Translations under genes and position numbers: made by a program
Shown here: positions 11,036 to 25,024 of the stretch, piece by piece
How positions within the stretch are numbered: the stretch's first letter is position 1
Layout of the letters: the number at the start of each line of letters is the position of its first letter
Source of the DNA: Octopus sinensis
Taxonomy: Eukaryota
DNA length: 64,000 bases
Direction: 5' to 3'
NCBI RefSeq assembly: GCF_006345805.1
Contig: NC_043003.1
Coordinates: 114,266,001 to 114,330,000 of the forward strand
Notes under the pieces: model-generated
Seen by the model: only the letters and a program-made list of their open reading frames with translations
Told to the model about the DNA's origin: nothing
The model's database searches: none

Positions 11036-13167
11036 TTTAATAAGTTTTCATGTCTATATCACATCTTTGTATTCTTAACAACAAAGAATTTGGCAATTTG
11101 GGATTGATGTTTGTGAGACTAGAAAAAAAAATTGATAGACTGAACGATAACACAATTCAAAGGAATTTCTGACTGGAGTCGCGACCAGAACGCTTTCAGT
11201 GACGGTAAAATATATTCTGTGTTCTTCCATGAAAATAAAAACAAAATTACAGAAAATTCCCATAGAATTTTTCTATTAACAATTTATATTGAATAATAAC
11301 AATTCCTTTGAAATTCATCTCGAATTTTCCATTTTTGCTTTTGTAACATTTATGTCAATAGAAAGCCAACTGAGGAGTTTTCTTTCTTTTTTTTTAAGAC
11401 GATAACCTTTTTTTTTACTGTGTGTTTTTATTGATTTTTCTGTAGGAACGGGAATATTTTAATCTAAAATAACATAGAAGAGATTCTTGGCTTATGGTCA
11501 CGTGATAAATTTTAAAAAGATAACATTTATTTGTTAGAGGCCATACATAGGCAGAACTTGATAGCTGATTGTTGAAGATGTCATGTTTAGTTAAAAAAAG
11601 AACCGATTTAGAATATGGTTCCTCTGCGGGAGTGTGTCATAAATATGTACCAAGACCCATTCTTCAGTTCATGTTTCAAGATCAAGCCACGCACCAAATA
11701 ACATAGCACTGTGTCACAATGCACGTGCTAGATTTTAAGTACAAATGTCCACATAACGAGGCCTCTACTGTCGTGTCAGATTCATGTCAAGGCCAAGGTA
11801 ATGTGCTAAATTCACGTGTCAACGCCATGCATCGAAGTCATGTTTGTCATGCACATGCTAATGACACGTACCATTGTTAAGTGCTTAATTCGCATGGTAT
11901 GGTCGCACTAATATATATTCCTACCCAATAGTTTATTTAAAAAGAAAACCTGTTCTTAATTAAAAGAAATGGGATGATGGTGGTTGCGAACGGCTCGATG
12001 AAGATTAATCGGAATGTAGCTATAAAAATGTCTACCTATGAATAAAGGACAACCTTATCCATCCGGAAGATGTGAAATGGGTTTATCGATAATCTATTGG
12101 ACGATATGATTGCGCTTTGTTCGTTCAAATCTGGGGTTTTTAGAAGTTTTGTCATGATTAGGAACGTATTTATTTTCAAGGAGGCTGGGGAAGCGAAACT
12201 ATTGCAAAACAATTTCTCATGGAAAATCTGGTAAAGGTACCTTTTTATAAACGTGATTAGCCAACAATTGTCTGAATTCATGTCATAATTTAAGGCGAGG
12301 GATCTCCTGCAACTACGAAACAGCTGTAGTGTGTTGATGATCGTTAATATTGTGAAGGGATTATTGGTTTGATACTTGGATCAAAATAATGATGTATATC
12401 GTCTTTCCAAACTGGTGGAATTGCTTCATTGTCAGGAATCATGGAATTCGTGAAAGAACCATGAGTATTGTAATAAGTAAAGTAACAGAACAAAGAAGTT
12501 GTTGTATTAAGTCATGCGTATCTTTTCGTTTCCATCTCAAATCTCTGTCGAGTTAACGCTGCTTTTCATCTTTCTGTGGTCATTAGAACAAATGTATTAG
12601 CCCCATTGATAAGCGACTAATACCTCTTCACTCGAATTAGTAGCATTGTGCTTAAATACCATTTGATGCTAGAATCGGTGGAGCAGAGGATCTCTATAAA
12701 TCCTGGATTAAAATCTTAACGAAGGTGACTTCGATTTTCAACCTTCCTCAAATAAAATAAAACGAGTACCAGTTATAAACTGTTATAAACTATTTTCGAT
12801 TTCTATTACTATAACACTTCAAGACAAATATTTGATCGGGAATAAGGAATGATATTTACATTACGATCGTCGACCAGCAGCAAAACTAGAGCGCCAACGA
12901 AATACTTTATTTCATATCCTGTGAGCCAAAGTGTTCTGATATAGACTACTTTCCGGCCTCAAAAATATTTTGGTCTCTTATTCCACTGAGATCAACTCAC
13001 AAAAGCAGGAGCTGGATTTACGAGACACACAAATCAATAGAAAATCTGTTAAAGTGGTTTTGCTTTTTATCCATTCATACTTGAGCGCTTGGGTAAATTT
13101 TCTATCTATCTATCTGTCTGTCTGTGTGTCTGTCTATCAGTCTGTCTCTCTCTAAAACTATTTGTAA

Positions 13168-13218
<51 letters not shown>

Positions 13219-13324
13219 GAAACACACACACACATTACATATATACACATACTTTATCTATGGACTTGTGGCTACCATTGGTTTTATGCTGTGAGAAATA
13301 TCTCGATGATTATGAAGCCTATAT

Positions 13325-13360
<36 letters not shown>

Positions 13361-13364
<4 letters not shown>

Positions 13365-13919
13365 ACCTGTTGAAACTTTGAATACTTTATTTACATCTAT
13401 TAGTGAGAAATTGAAAAGACATTCCGATTCCAAGAACGCCCAAAATGTCATTTTTGGTGACTGGCACAAATACAAGTCCCTGAGTTAGATTTAACGCCGT
13501 ACCACCGTTTATGGAGGTGATTCTGTCGTTGAAGTTTTATTGCTGTCTCCGCCATGACCCTCGATCGTGTTGCTGCGCTTGCCGTTGTTTCTGTAAAAGA
13601 GGACAAAAGAAGGCAATGAATAATCTTCAAACTTCTATAAATGGTTCACGCGTTGATAGTTTTAATTATTTTCACTTCATTTCAACAGTAAATAACATCA
13701 GGTGGAGAACCAAGAATGTGGAGAGAGAGAGTGAGAGAGAGAGAGGGAGAGAGAGAGAGAGGAGAGAGGGAGGGAGAAAGAGATAGAGAATATATTGATA
13801 TTGGAAGATGAGTTTTGTTTTAAGGGAGACGGGACTGTGAAAGAACGAAAAGAAAGGAACATCAAGTAATCAGCAAGGACAAAACATTGAGAATAATCAA
13901 AAGTTTATAGATATAGTGT

Positions 13920-13957
<38 letters not shown>

Positions 13958-14483
13958 CGCGCGTGTTTATATATATATATTATTATATGTAGAAAAATAC
14001 AACTGGGACAAGAAAGTAAAACATTTAGAAGACGATACAAAAAACACGGACGGGACATTCGAAGCCTACAATCTTCAGTCAAGAACCGGATCATCCTCGC
14101 AATTTCGGCTGATTAATCTTGAGATCGCTCCGATCCGGCCAGCCCCAAGGAAAAACTAAGCTACGAACATTAGATTTCTTGGAAAAAGGATTGAATGTAT
14201 ACGAAACAAGGACAGAAAAACGGACGATTGCCACACGAATATAAATACAAAAAACAATAATAGTAATAACAGGACAAAAACAGCGGTTGTCTTACGACTA
14301 TAGACAGTACAACTTAGTTTAGCTGGCGTATTTGGAAAAAAATGTATTTTACGGCAGACGAAGAAAACGATGTTCTCGTGGCGCTGGTAAGAAGCCGAAA
14401 AGCTAGTTGACCAGCGGTCACGTGAGAGGGGAAGAGAGAGAAAAAAGGTGTATATAGATGTATATATATATGTGTGTGTGTAT

Positions 14484-14516
<33 letters not shown>

Positions 14517-15070
14517 GTATACCTGTTGAAACTTTGAATACTTTATTTACATCTATTAGTGAGAAATTGAAAAGACATTCCGATTCCAAGAACGCCCAAA
14601 ATGTCATTTTTGGTGACTGGCACAAATACAAGTCCCTGAGTTAGATTTAACGCCGTACCACCGTTTATGGAGGTGATTCTGTCGTTGAAGTTTTATTGCT
14701 GTCTCCGCCATGACCCTCGATCGTGTTGCTGCGCTTGCCGTTGTTTCTGTAAAAGAGGACAAAAGAAGGCAATGAATAATCTTCAAACTTCTATAAATGG
14801 TTCACGCGTTGATAGTTTTAATTATTTTCACTTCATTTCAACAGTAAATAACATCAGGTGGAGAACCAAGAATGTGGAGAGAGAGAGTGAGAGAGAGAGA
14901 GGGGGAGAGAGAGAGAGGGAGAGAGGGAGGGAGAAAGAGATAGAGAATATATTGATATTGGAAGATGAGTTTTGTTTTAAGGGAGACGGGACTGTGAAAG
15001 AACGAAAAGAAAGGAACATCAAGTAATCAGCAAGGACAAAACATTGAGAATAATCAAAAGTTTATAGATA

Positions 15071-15117
<47 letters not shown>

Positions 15118-15630
15118 CGCGCGTGTTTATATATATATATTATTATATGTAGAAAAATACAAACTGGGACAAGAAAGTAAAACATTTAGAAGACGATACA
15201 AAAAACACGGACGGGACATTCGAAGCCTACAATCTTCAGTCAAGAACCGGATCATCCTCGCAATTTCGGCTGATTAATCTTGAGATCGCTCCGATCCGGC
15301 CAGCCCCAAGGAAAAACTAAGCTACGAACATTAGATTTCTTGGAAAAAGGATCGAATGTATACGAAACAAGGACAGAAAAACGGACGATGCCACACGAAT
15401 ATAAATACAAAAAACAATAATAGTAATAACAGGACAAAAACAGCGGTTGTCTTACGACTATAGACAGTACAACTTAGTTTAGCTGGCGTATTTGGAAAAA
15501 AATGTATTTTACGGCAGACGAAGAAAACGATGTTCTCGTGGCGCTGGTAAGAAGCCGAAAAGCTAGTTGACCAGCGGTCACGTGAGAGGGGAAGAGAGAG
15601 AAAAAAGGTGTATATAGATGTATATATATA

Positions 15631-15691
<61 letters not shown>

Positions 15692-15720
15692 ATATATATA
15701 TATAATATATACATATATAT
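13361..15720. repeat. Tandem duplication, two near-identical units of ~1.16 kb bounded by (TA)n
   Basis: Identical ORFs at 13448-13630 and 14604-14786 (offset 1156). The differences are microsatellite lengths plus a few SNPs/1-bp indels (ggattgaatg vs ggatcgaatg; gacgattgcc vs gacgatgcc). Confidence 0.95.
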
Positions 15721-16287
15721 ATATATATATATAAAAAAAAAAAAAAATATATATATATATATGCATATGTGGGCAGAGGTCGTTACGAAACGTGTACAGC
15801 AAAAGAGTATGAACCACGAATACATGGAATATGAACTCTTCTTTCGAACAACGAAAGACAGAAATGGAAAACAAAATAAACAATATAAAGAACGACCCTT
15901 TATCAGTTGTTGGCTCTTACTCTAGTCTCGTATTTCTAGCATTTGACAGCAATATACAACGATTTCGATAAAACAGTTACTCCCACAAAGCAAATTAAAT
16001 AAAATTTGATATTTGCGTGCCTCTGTGTGTGTTTGGGACGCTGTTTATCAGAGCTGATCCTTCATCCGCATCCGTATGTGATTAGTTTATTGGCAGCAAA
16101 TTCGATGACTAAGCATGTATTGGTGTATTTTCAAATATCTTTTTGTATACATTGTCACTTATGTCACAATCGTTCGAATAATTGGCAACGTGAAACACAG
16201 TTGCGACTGACAGAAGAAAATTCGACTTCTAATATATTGTACAATCTCTATATATTCCTTAGTTTTTCCCGTTTGTAAACAGAAACA

Positions 16288-16395
<108 letters not shown>

Positions 16396-17336
16396 GTGTG
16401 TGTATGTATGTATGTATGTATGTATATATATAGTGAGACAGCACCCATCCTATTTTTGACAGCAAAATGTTGTCACAAAAGTGAGAAAAAATATAAATAA
16501 ATACGGAACGGAAACTAAATGTAAGACAAAAGAGCGAAATAAAAATAAAGAAAACAGCAACAAGAAGAAAAACAATAGGAGCGTAAAATATCTCCAATAG
16601 ATTCAACAAAGAAAACTAGAAATTCGACATCTATCTTTTTGTCAGAAACAATATATTTCCTTAACATTGTCATGTTTTCGAAGAATTCGCTTTTCATATT
16701 TAGTTTGTAATATTTTTTAAATTGTTTTTTCAGGAATTTGTTGTCGAAATTCTCTTGGCAAATTCTTACCATTTCATCATTAAACATGAATTTTATTGTA
16801 CGTTTCAAATGAATCTCCTACAGTATCAGGCAGTGCTTACCACCCCGTGTTTTCAAAATCAACGACCCCCAAGTTTCCACCCGAGGGGCATCTGTCATAT
16901 CGAGAAACGCACGGCAGACGAATCGGTAGCTTAGCTATAGGGGATAAATGTAGTGGGGGTAGGGATTGTTAATCTTGAGATCCGAGATCTTAATATTTCC
17001 TGCAGTAGCAAACTTTCATTTCACAGACTAAACAATATCTATATAACATTATATGTACATCGCCCAGATAGACTTAGCACTTTTTCTTACTTCCGATAAC
17101 TCTCGCTCATTTACAACCACCCCACACTCACACCCAACACATTTTCTTTCTCACTCTCTCTCTGTCCTATGTTTATCCACTCATTCTTTCTCCTGCACTG
17201 TGTGTGTGTGTGTGTGTGTGTGCACTCACGTATGTGTGTGAATGTGTGTGTTAAGCTAATACGACATTTGTTAAAACGTGTCCCACACGCGTTGTCTCCT
17301 TTTGGAGCTTATTGCCTAGTGTATGCATATGCATGC

Positions 17337-17388
<52 letters not shown>

Positions 17389-17804
17389 AAATGTCCTAAT
17401 TAGACGATTGAATATACAAGGATTGTTTAAAGAACACGGTACAACTTATACAAATAATCAACTCAACACTCCAGCAACCCAGTCTGAAGATCTATTTTTC
17501 TGTATTCCATGCAGCGGCGCCGTCCTTCTTTCTAAATCTACACAGAGAATTTTACATACACATACGCACACATGCTTATATGCATACAAACGCATAAAAG
17601 AACAACACATACAAACATCGACACAGGCTCCCCACCCCCAGACCTACACACAACAGCAGGAATGCTGTGAGATACGCAAAAACTTAGTTTCGAGATCAAT
17701 TTGAATGCGTGGCACTTTGGCAAAGTGCCTTCTGCTATAGAAGCTGGGCTCCCTAAAGTGAATTTGAAAGACGGAAACTGTTATATATATATATGTGTGT
17801 GTGT

Positions 17805-18108
17805 ATATGTGATCACGTGACCGACCAGACCATCAGATGTTGTTACACATCGCTGGTCACAATGCGTTCGCATTGTTTCAGCCTTCGAATGACGCCACCC
17901 CGCTGGCTAAGCGAGCAGGGCAACAGAAGAAAGAGTGAGAGAAAGAGTGGTGAAAGAGTACAGCAGGGATCACAACCCCCTGCCGGAGCATCGTGGAGCT
18001 TTTAGGTGTTTTCGCTCAATAAACACTCACAACGCCCGGCATGGGAATCGAAACCGCGATCCTACGACCGCGAGTTCGCTGCCCTAACCACTGGGCCATT
18101 GCGCCTCC
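17805..18108 (-). mobile_element. tRNA-Arg-like SINE, family C
   Basis: Head ggaggcgcaatggcccagtggttagggcagcgaactcgcggtcgtaggatcgcggtttcgattccc has A/B boxes and a TCG anticodon-like loop. It continues into a non-tRNA body. Confidence 0.85.
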
Positions 18109-18387
18109 ACGTGTATGTATATGTATACATATGAATATTTTCTCTCTATATATATATGTGTGTGTGTATCTGTCTGTCTGCCTGTTTGTGAATAACAAAG
18201 AAAGTATTTGGATTTAAGTAACCTGCATTTAAGTTTTTCTATTAAAGTGATAAATTGCTGCCCACATTGATTCTAACTTACCACATTCAGACTGTGTTTA
18301 TCTTAAATCCTCCACAACAGACCATATCTATACATTCCAAGTTGCCATCCAAAACATCTAATGCTTCGGTACTCTCAAAGGAATCTT

Positions 18388-18484
<97 letters not shown>

Positions 18485-18496
18485 TTTATTATTATT

Positions 18497-18546
<50 letters not shown>

Positions 18547-18566
18547 TATCATCATCATCATCATCC

Positions 18567-18598
<32 letters not shown>

Positions 18599-18641
18599 GT
18601 CATCGTCACCGTCATCGTCATCATCATCGTCATCGTCATCG

Positions 18642-18685
<44 letters not shown>

Positions 18686-18715
18686 GTCATCATCATTATT
18701 ATTATTATTATTAAC
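18388..18715. repeat. Compound (ATT)n/(ATC)n microsatellite
   Basis: Direct reading. It accounts for the poly-H/S/L/M pseudo-ORFs. Confidence 0.95.
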
Positions 18716-19182
18716 AATTAAAACTCATTAACATTATTTTATAAAATATCTGCCTTCTAATACAACTGGACCCTGTTGTAACGTTGACAATTATGTTATT
18801 TGAACGCGTGATATTTCTACAAAATCCTATTGGGACCTCCATGTCGTCATTTAGCTGTTTCTATTGTTTCCAGCCATCGGTTCCCTCAATATCTTTGTTT
18901 CTTAAACCATTCCTAATATTCACATGTTTAATGCAAGTCGTGTCCATACGGTTTTAGTTTGAGACATGACGTATTTTGGCCTACATTATCTTATGTATCT
19001 TTTCACGTTTTTGACGGACCCTTGTGATTTCAGGGTAGTTCTACCAATTCATTCAACCCCTTTGAAACCCCTTTAATGGATCGTTGTTGCAGATGATGAC
19101 AAAGTTGTCCCTGTTGTTGCCGTTGTTTTTTTTTGTTATTGTTGCTGCTGTTGTTGTTTTATTATGTTATGATACTTAAAAG

Positions 19183-19372
19183 ACGGTGAGCTGGCAGAAT
19201 CGTTAGCACGCCTAGCAAAATGCTTAGCGGTGGTTCGTCCATCTTTACGTACAGCGTTCAAATTCCAGTTTGATTTCATTATTTCCCATGTTGAGGAGAT
19301 AAGTATCAGCTGAGTACAGGGGTCAATCTTATGGACTTAACCCTATACTAAAATTGCCGACCCTGTGCCAAA
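19183..19372 (+). mobile_element. SINE family B, diverged monomer
   Basis: Head ggtgagctggcagaatcgttagcacg...aaatgcttagcgg is shared with 42468 and 52637. Confidence 0.7.
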
Positions 19373-19650
19373 TTTTTTAACCAATGCATCATAATATTTA
19401 TATTCATTCTTCCCATTGTTGTTCCGAGTCTCAACGCTATTTTCATAAATGTTCATATTTTCTTGAAATATTGCTTAAAATTTCTCCTTTGTTTTTCAGT
19501 TTATATTTACATTCTCCCCACCTCACATACGCTTTTTTTCTTTCATTATTTTATTCACATGAATTTATTATGAGCACAGACATGATCAAGAGGTTTACTC
19601 TCATGTACAGAGTGTATTTGTGTTCTGCTGTAGCCTTGATTCGACTCAAG

Positions 19651-19940
19651 GAATATTTCCGTCGTCAGCCAGGAGAATTCATCAACGAAGCAATTGCCCC
19701 AGCTCCCCTTCAGTGTTGGCGAAAGCGATGTGGTGGACAAAGAAAAACCTGGCTGATGACGGTCAAGGCAGATCTGGAACCCAATCTAGACCCCCATATC
19801 TATGGCGTTCACCGCTGGAATAAGGAGTGGTTGGAGATCACGCGGTCGTTAGCCTCAAATCGCCAGGCCTGGTCGGCGTTTGTGAGAGATGCAGCATTGA
19901 GGATAAATGAAGCCAGCTCAATCCACCCCGGGTGAATGCT

Positions 19941-19972
<32 letters not shown>

Positions 19973-20092
19973 AAGAAGAGAAGAAGAAGAAGAAGAAGAA
20001 GAAGAAGAAAAAGAGGAGGAGGAGGCGGAGGAGGAGAGGAGAAGAAGTAGAGGAGAAGAAGTAGAGAAGAAAAAGAAGAAGAAGAAGAAGTA
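19651..20092 (+). mobile_element. RTE-clade LINE, 5'-truncated 3' end with (AAG)n tail and 13-bp TSD
   Basis: Peptide RRQPGEFINEAI...WRKRCGGQRKTWLMTVKADL...NRQAWSAFVRD*. (AAG)n tail at 19944-20090. GATTCGACTCAAG occurs at both 19638-19650 and 20093-20105. Confidence 0.85.
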
Positions 20093-23000
20093 GATTCGAC
20101 TCAAGCCTTGTTTTAGAAAGTCCATTGATGGAAACTGTGCGGAAAACGTCGGATGATTTGTATTTACTGTATTTACTGACTACCTCCAACAGCCACTTTA
20201 GTACACCTATCTCGTTCTAGAACACCTAGAGTGATGTCCAATCTATTCAAGTCAGACCGATTCGCTGATGTGACAATAAACCATGTGTCTTCTCATCGTC
20301 TACATTTCTTCGTGGTTCAGTAAATGGTTTTGTGTGTGTGCCCTTCATTTTCTAAATCAAAGGTCAAGCGAATAGCAGACAGTTTCCCCTTTTTTATTAT
20401 AAGTTCGCTTCTTGGCAATAAATCTCACCCTATCTTTTCTTTAGCAATTTCTTGTCTTGCACCAATCTGATATTTGTTGATTTTGTTTTTCCTTTGGTTT
20501 ATTTGGCTGGATGCATGGACGAACTACCAATGACCCATTGATTTAAATGTGGACCGGTCTCCTTGCCAATGTGTTTATATGTGTGTCTATGATAGAGTAT
20601 ATGGTTTTGTGTATGAGAAGAGGTAATAAACCGTGTTAGCTGTCACCTTAGCTTATCAACATTTTTAATGTCAATTATGGTTCAGCAAATGTCTATAATG
20701 ATAGAAATGAATGAGACGCCGAACAAAAACGAAAGAACCAATAAAAGAGTGATTAAGAAGAAAGAAAGAGAGAACATAAGGGAATGAAAAAGAAATATTG
20801 AAGAATAGAGAAGGAAATTGTGGACTGAAGAAAGAATGAAATAAATAAATAAAAGAAGATGTAATTGAGGTAACTTGTTACATAACAAGTAACGAGGAAA
20901 GGAAAAGAATGAAATTTGGGGGAGAATAAATGAAAACGATAAGTTATGGAAGAGAAGAAAACATGGAAAATGTAATAAATAAATAAAAGGACGAAGGAGA
21001 GAAAGAAATTGGAAAGAGAAAGAGAAAAAGAACGGAAGGAAAATAAAGTGTAAAACTGGAGAAGAAGAAAAAACAATGAATAGCAAAAGAAAATAAGGGA
21101 AAGAAAAAAAGACGAAAGAAAATATATAAAGAAAGAATAAAGTGTGAAAATGAGATTAATAAACAAATAGGAAGGGGAAAATGATTTCTAGGGAAATATG
21201 ATTGATAGAAAAGGAAATGGCGGGAAAAAGAGGGTAGAGAGTGGGGGGGAGGAAGAAAGGGGGAAAAGAATGAAGAATGAACGATTGCTATGGAATAAAA
21301 TTTGCTGACTGATCAGTTTTACGTGTTGGTAAATCTAATTTGTTCCCGTCGTTCCTTGTTTCTCGAATTACTTCATAATTCCGTTGCTCATAATACACCA
21401 ACCACATCTCTCTTTATTAACAATGCCATTTTCCCCCATTTATTTCTCACTCTCTTTCTCTTTCTCTTCTTTCCTCTCTCCCTCTCTCTCTCTCTCTCTT
21501 CTCCATCCTCTTCCCCCTTCTCTCATTTCCTCATTTCGTCATTTATTTCTTTATTCATATTATTTCTCTCACATTCTCAACATTTCTCTTTCATCGCTAT
21601 TTACCTAATTTTTTTCATAATATTTTTAGTCATTCTCTCTCTGACTGCCTCATTCTCTCCCCTATCTCTCTGTCTCCCCTATCTGTCTCCCCCTCTCTCT
21701 CTGTCTCCCCTATCTCTCTACCCTCTCACCCTCTCTCCCTCCCTCTGATTTTCACTTTCTCTTTATAGTTTCACAATTTTGTGTTCTCCCTCAACTCTTC
21801 GCTACTCATTAATGCACAGAATCACCAACCTATGCACCCGTTTATCCATTCCACCCTTCATACCTCGATGCCAACCGACCTCCAACAAACTAACCCTACG
21901 AAAAGGGGAGGAAAAAGACAGGAATGCACAGATCTAAGCGGTTAATCGATTTGCTAGAAACAACAGGCAAAACTTTCCAAAATCACACCCAAATGTCTGG
22001 AAATGACGAAATGGAAAGAATCGTTGAAGTGTGGATGAGAACGCCTATTGTTGGACAGAAATATCGGATTGTTGTCGTTTAAATGGATTTCACCACAGTT
22101 TTGTACTATTCAGACTGACCTGTGGTTAAACATCAATGATAAACAATCTCTCTCTCCCTCTCTCTCTCTTTTCTTTCACCCCATTTCTCTACCTCTTCTC
22201 CTTCCACTCACTCTTTTTGTTTAACTTTCTTTTTTTTCACTCTCCTTATACTTTTTCTTTCTCTTTCAGAGTCTGCCCCCACCTCCCAATTCCAGTTCAA
22301 TGACTGACAATAGTGAAATTTGAAAAAAGAATAAAACATAAATAAAACAAAAAACAAAACCTAAAAAAGTGTTTTGATTGCTGAAAAGAACTTGATGCCA
22401 CAAGTTCAAACGTTTCAAGACAGGAAATGGTAACGTAAAAGAAAGAAAAACACAGACGGCGTTCCTAAGATTCTTGCTCTAAAGTTACGAGAAAACAATC
22501 AGCAGTAACAACCGCCAAAATAAACATATGATCCCAGCCATAAGACCATTAAAAACTGGGTCACATTATGTAGGTCAGCAATTTATTGTATAATAACGAC
22601 GGAATAACCAAAACAATCAAAGACTTCTATAAAAACATTTAAATGTAAATCATATTCATGGTTTTAGTTGCAAATATTTAAAAGCAGAAATCCTTATTGC
22701 TCATGTGAAGGCGACATTGTTATCGTTTAATCTATAAAATTTTGAGTCCTGTCATAAAATAACGAAGAAAGTATGGCGGCTGAGAAGTGTGAAACGTCCC
22801 AACCAAGCAGAAAATAATGGTGTTATGGAGTGTGTTGAAGTGAAATTCTTCAACAAGCAATCGGCCCGACATAGCAAATATATATTTGCAGGAAGTGACC
22901 GGTTCTTCATTGCTAAAAACTTTGACGAAATGAATGACCAGCAGAACGGGACTTTGTTTAAATTCACCCAAGTTTTTTCAGTGAGGTTAAAATTGCTTCA

Positions 23001-23482
23001 AGCTACATGTACACAAGCATAAACACACACACACACACACACACTCTCTCTCTCTCTCTCTATCTATCTAATATATCTATATATATATATATATATAATA
23101 TATATATATATATATGGAAAAAAAGTCAAGATAGAAAATGCTAAAATAATTTTATGAAAAACATTTCAGTACCGGTTTCAGTTATTGAGACTTTATCAAC
23201 TGTAACAATTAAATAGTTAAATTTAGAAAAATTTAAAAGAAAAGTATTTTTTTAAAAGAATATTTGTATAGTGTTCAAATACAAGTGGCATTTTCCTTGT
23301 TTCTGCCAGTCTCTGTCTCTCTTGTTTACTCTTGTGGGATCGAGGTCGTTGTAAATTTTTGGTAGGGAAGAAGAAGAAGAAAAAGAAGAAGTAGGAGGAG
23401 GAGGAGAAGGGGGGAGAATAATAATAATTTGGAAGTGCCATGATAGTAGTATTTCGAATGGTCAGTGGATGGTAGCAGTCCC

Positions 23483-23542
<60 letters not shown>

Positions 23543-24970
23543 TTATAAGATTCATGAAACCCTAGTCACTTCAACACATAGGATGCCAGAAATAGCTAGG
23601 TACAATAATATAGGGTTTACAGTGAAGTAAAACAACCCCAGAGCTACCGGGTGTGGGTAGAATACTTTAGATCTCAAATCCAATTTAAACTATAGATCGG
23701 ACTAACGGCTGTTTCTCGGTGCGGCGTGATATAAAACAGAAGACAAACGAGAATTAAAATGGAATTTTATTGCTGTATTCATAGATCACACCATGGCATA
23801 AAATGCACCATCTCCAGATTTTAAACAGATTTAAAACAGGTGTAATAAATACCGTTGATCGGATTCGTCAACGTCAAAACGTGTTATTAGTTCTACTCAC
23901 CTGTTTATACTTGATAAAAATTTTACCTGAAGATGGTAAATTTTATGCTATGACGTAATCTCTAAATAAATCAATAACATCTTACTGAAACGGCTATAAT
24001 ATATTTTAAACCCCATTTATGTTCTGTAATATGTATATATTTATGTGCGTGTGTGTGTTTGTGTAGATAATTATGTATGTATACACAAATACGTATTTAT
24101 TTATGTGTATCAGTTTTACAGAAATTCCTATATTGTCTCAGCATTATAGGAACGTCAGCATCATTTCTGAATATATGTCGAAATCCCCTGACGACCCGCG
24201 CCAGAGTCTGTTTAGCGCTCGTCAGAGAAAGCGTACCCTGCTTCTTTCCACATCAATACCATAGAAACCTTCTGTGGTTACTTAGAACAGTCGTTAATTA
24301 ACGCAGCATCGCAGATGAGAACCTAATTAGCATATTTATGCTTTTGAAGGTTCGTTATTAATGAAACAAGATTTTATGCAAAATACAGCATGCATCAAGG
24401 GCACAGAAACAAACGGAAATATTTCAATGTCTCACTGTGGATGAAATAAGGAGGCAAATATATTTTTTGAGGCTTTCGATATGTGGAAAATGTGGTGATA
24501 GTACTCTGGCAGACTGTTTAACGGTTTCTTCCCCGTTTCTCAGAAAATACGTATTCGGTTTCTTTCTCCAATCAGATTAGATCTAGAGTGTGTAAGTAGT
24601 GAGCCAACCTTTGTTAGGTTATCGGGATTATTTCTTTGAATGTCTTATACCTGGAGACAGACCAGCGCCACCTACATGAAAGTTGTACTTTTTGTGATTA
24701 ACGAACAAATCCCTGCTATAAAGTGTGTGAAGTCGTGAGAATGGTTAGGATTTTGCTAAGGGTTTTAAAAGGAAGACAAACGTCTTATATATTTCTTGAA
24801 ACCCTCCCAGAGTGGTACCATGAAGTTTCTTCAAACAAAAAACTTGGTAGGAATATTTGCTAGAGTGTTGGTCCAGGAATAAGTAACGAAGTCACGTGAT
24901 GGGAAAAATTCATGATATATTTTTATATTAAAAGCTCCTCTCCTTTTATGTCTATTCACATATACACACA

Positions 24971-25024
<54 letters not shown>

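Noticed and set aside
18040-18108. tRNA-like sequences at SINE heads (also 36200-36273, 57810-57875 and the family A heads)
   Set aside because: There is no complete cloverleaf or acceptor stem, and they continue into repeat bodies, so they are SINEs rather than tRNA genes.
20690-21780. Long purine tract followed by a pyrimidine tract (possible fold-back or triplex)
   Set aside because: Low-complexity complementarity only, with no specific inverted repeat. This pattern recurs elsewhere in the window.
23920-24000. Hammerhead ribozyme core (CTGAAGA ... GAAA)
   Set aside because: I could not form stem II/III here or at the other CTGANGA sites checked by eye. An Infernal scan would be needed to exclude it fully.
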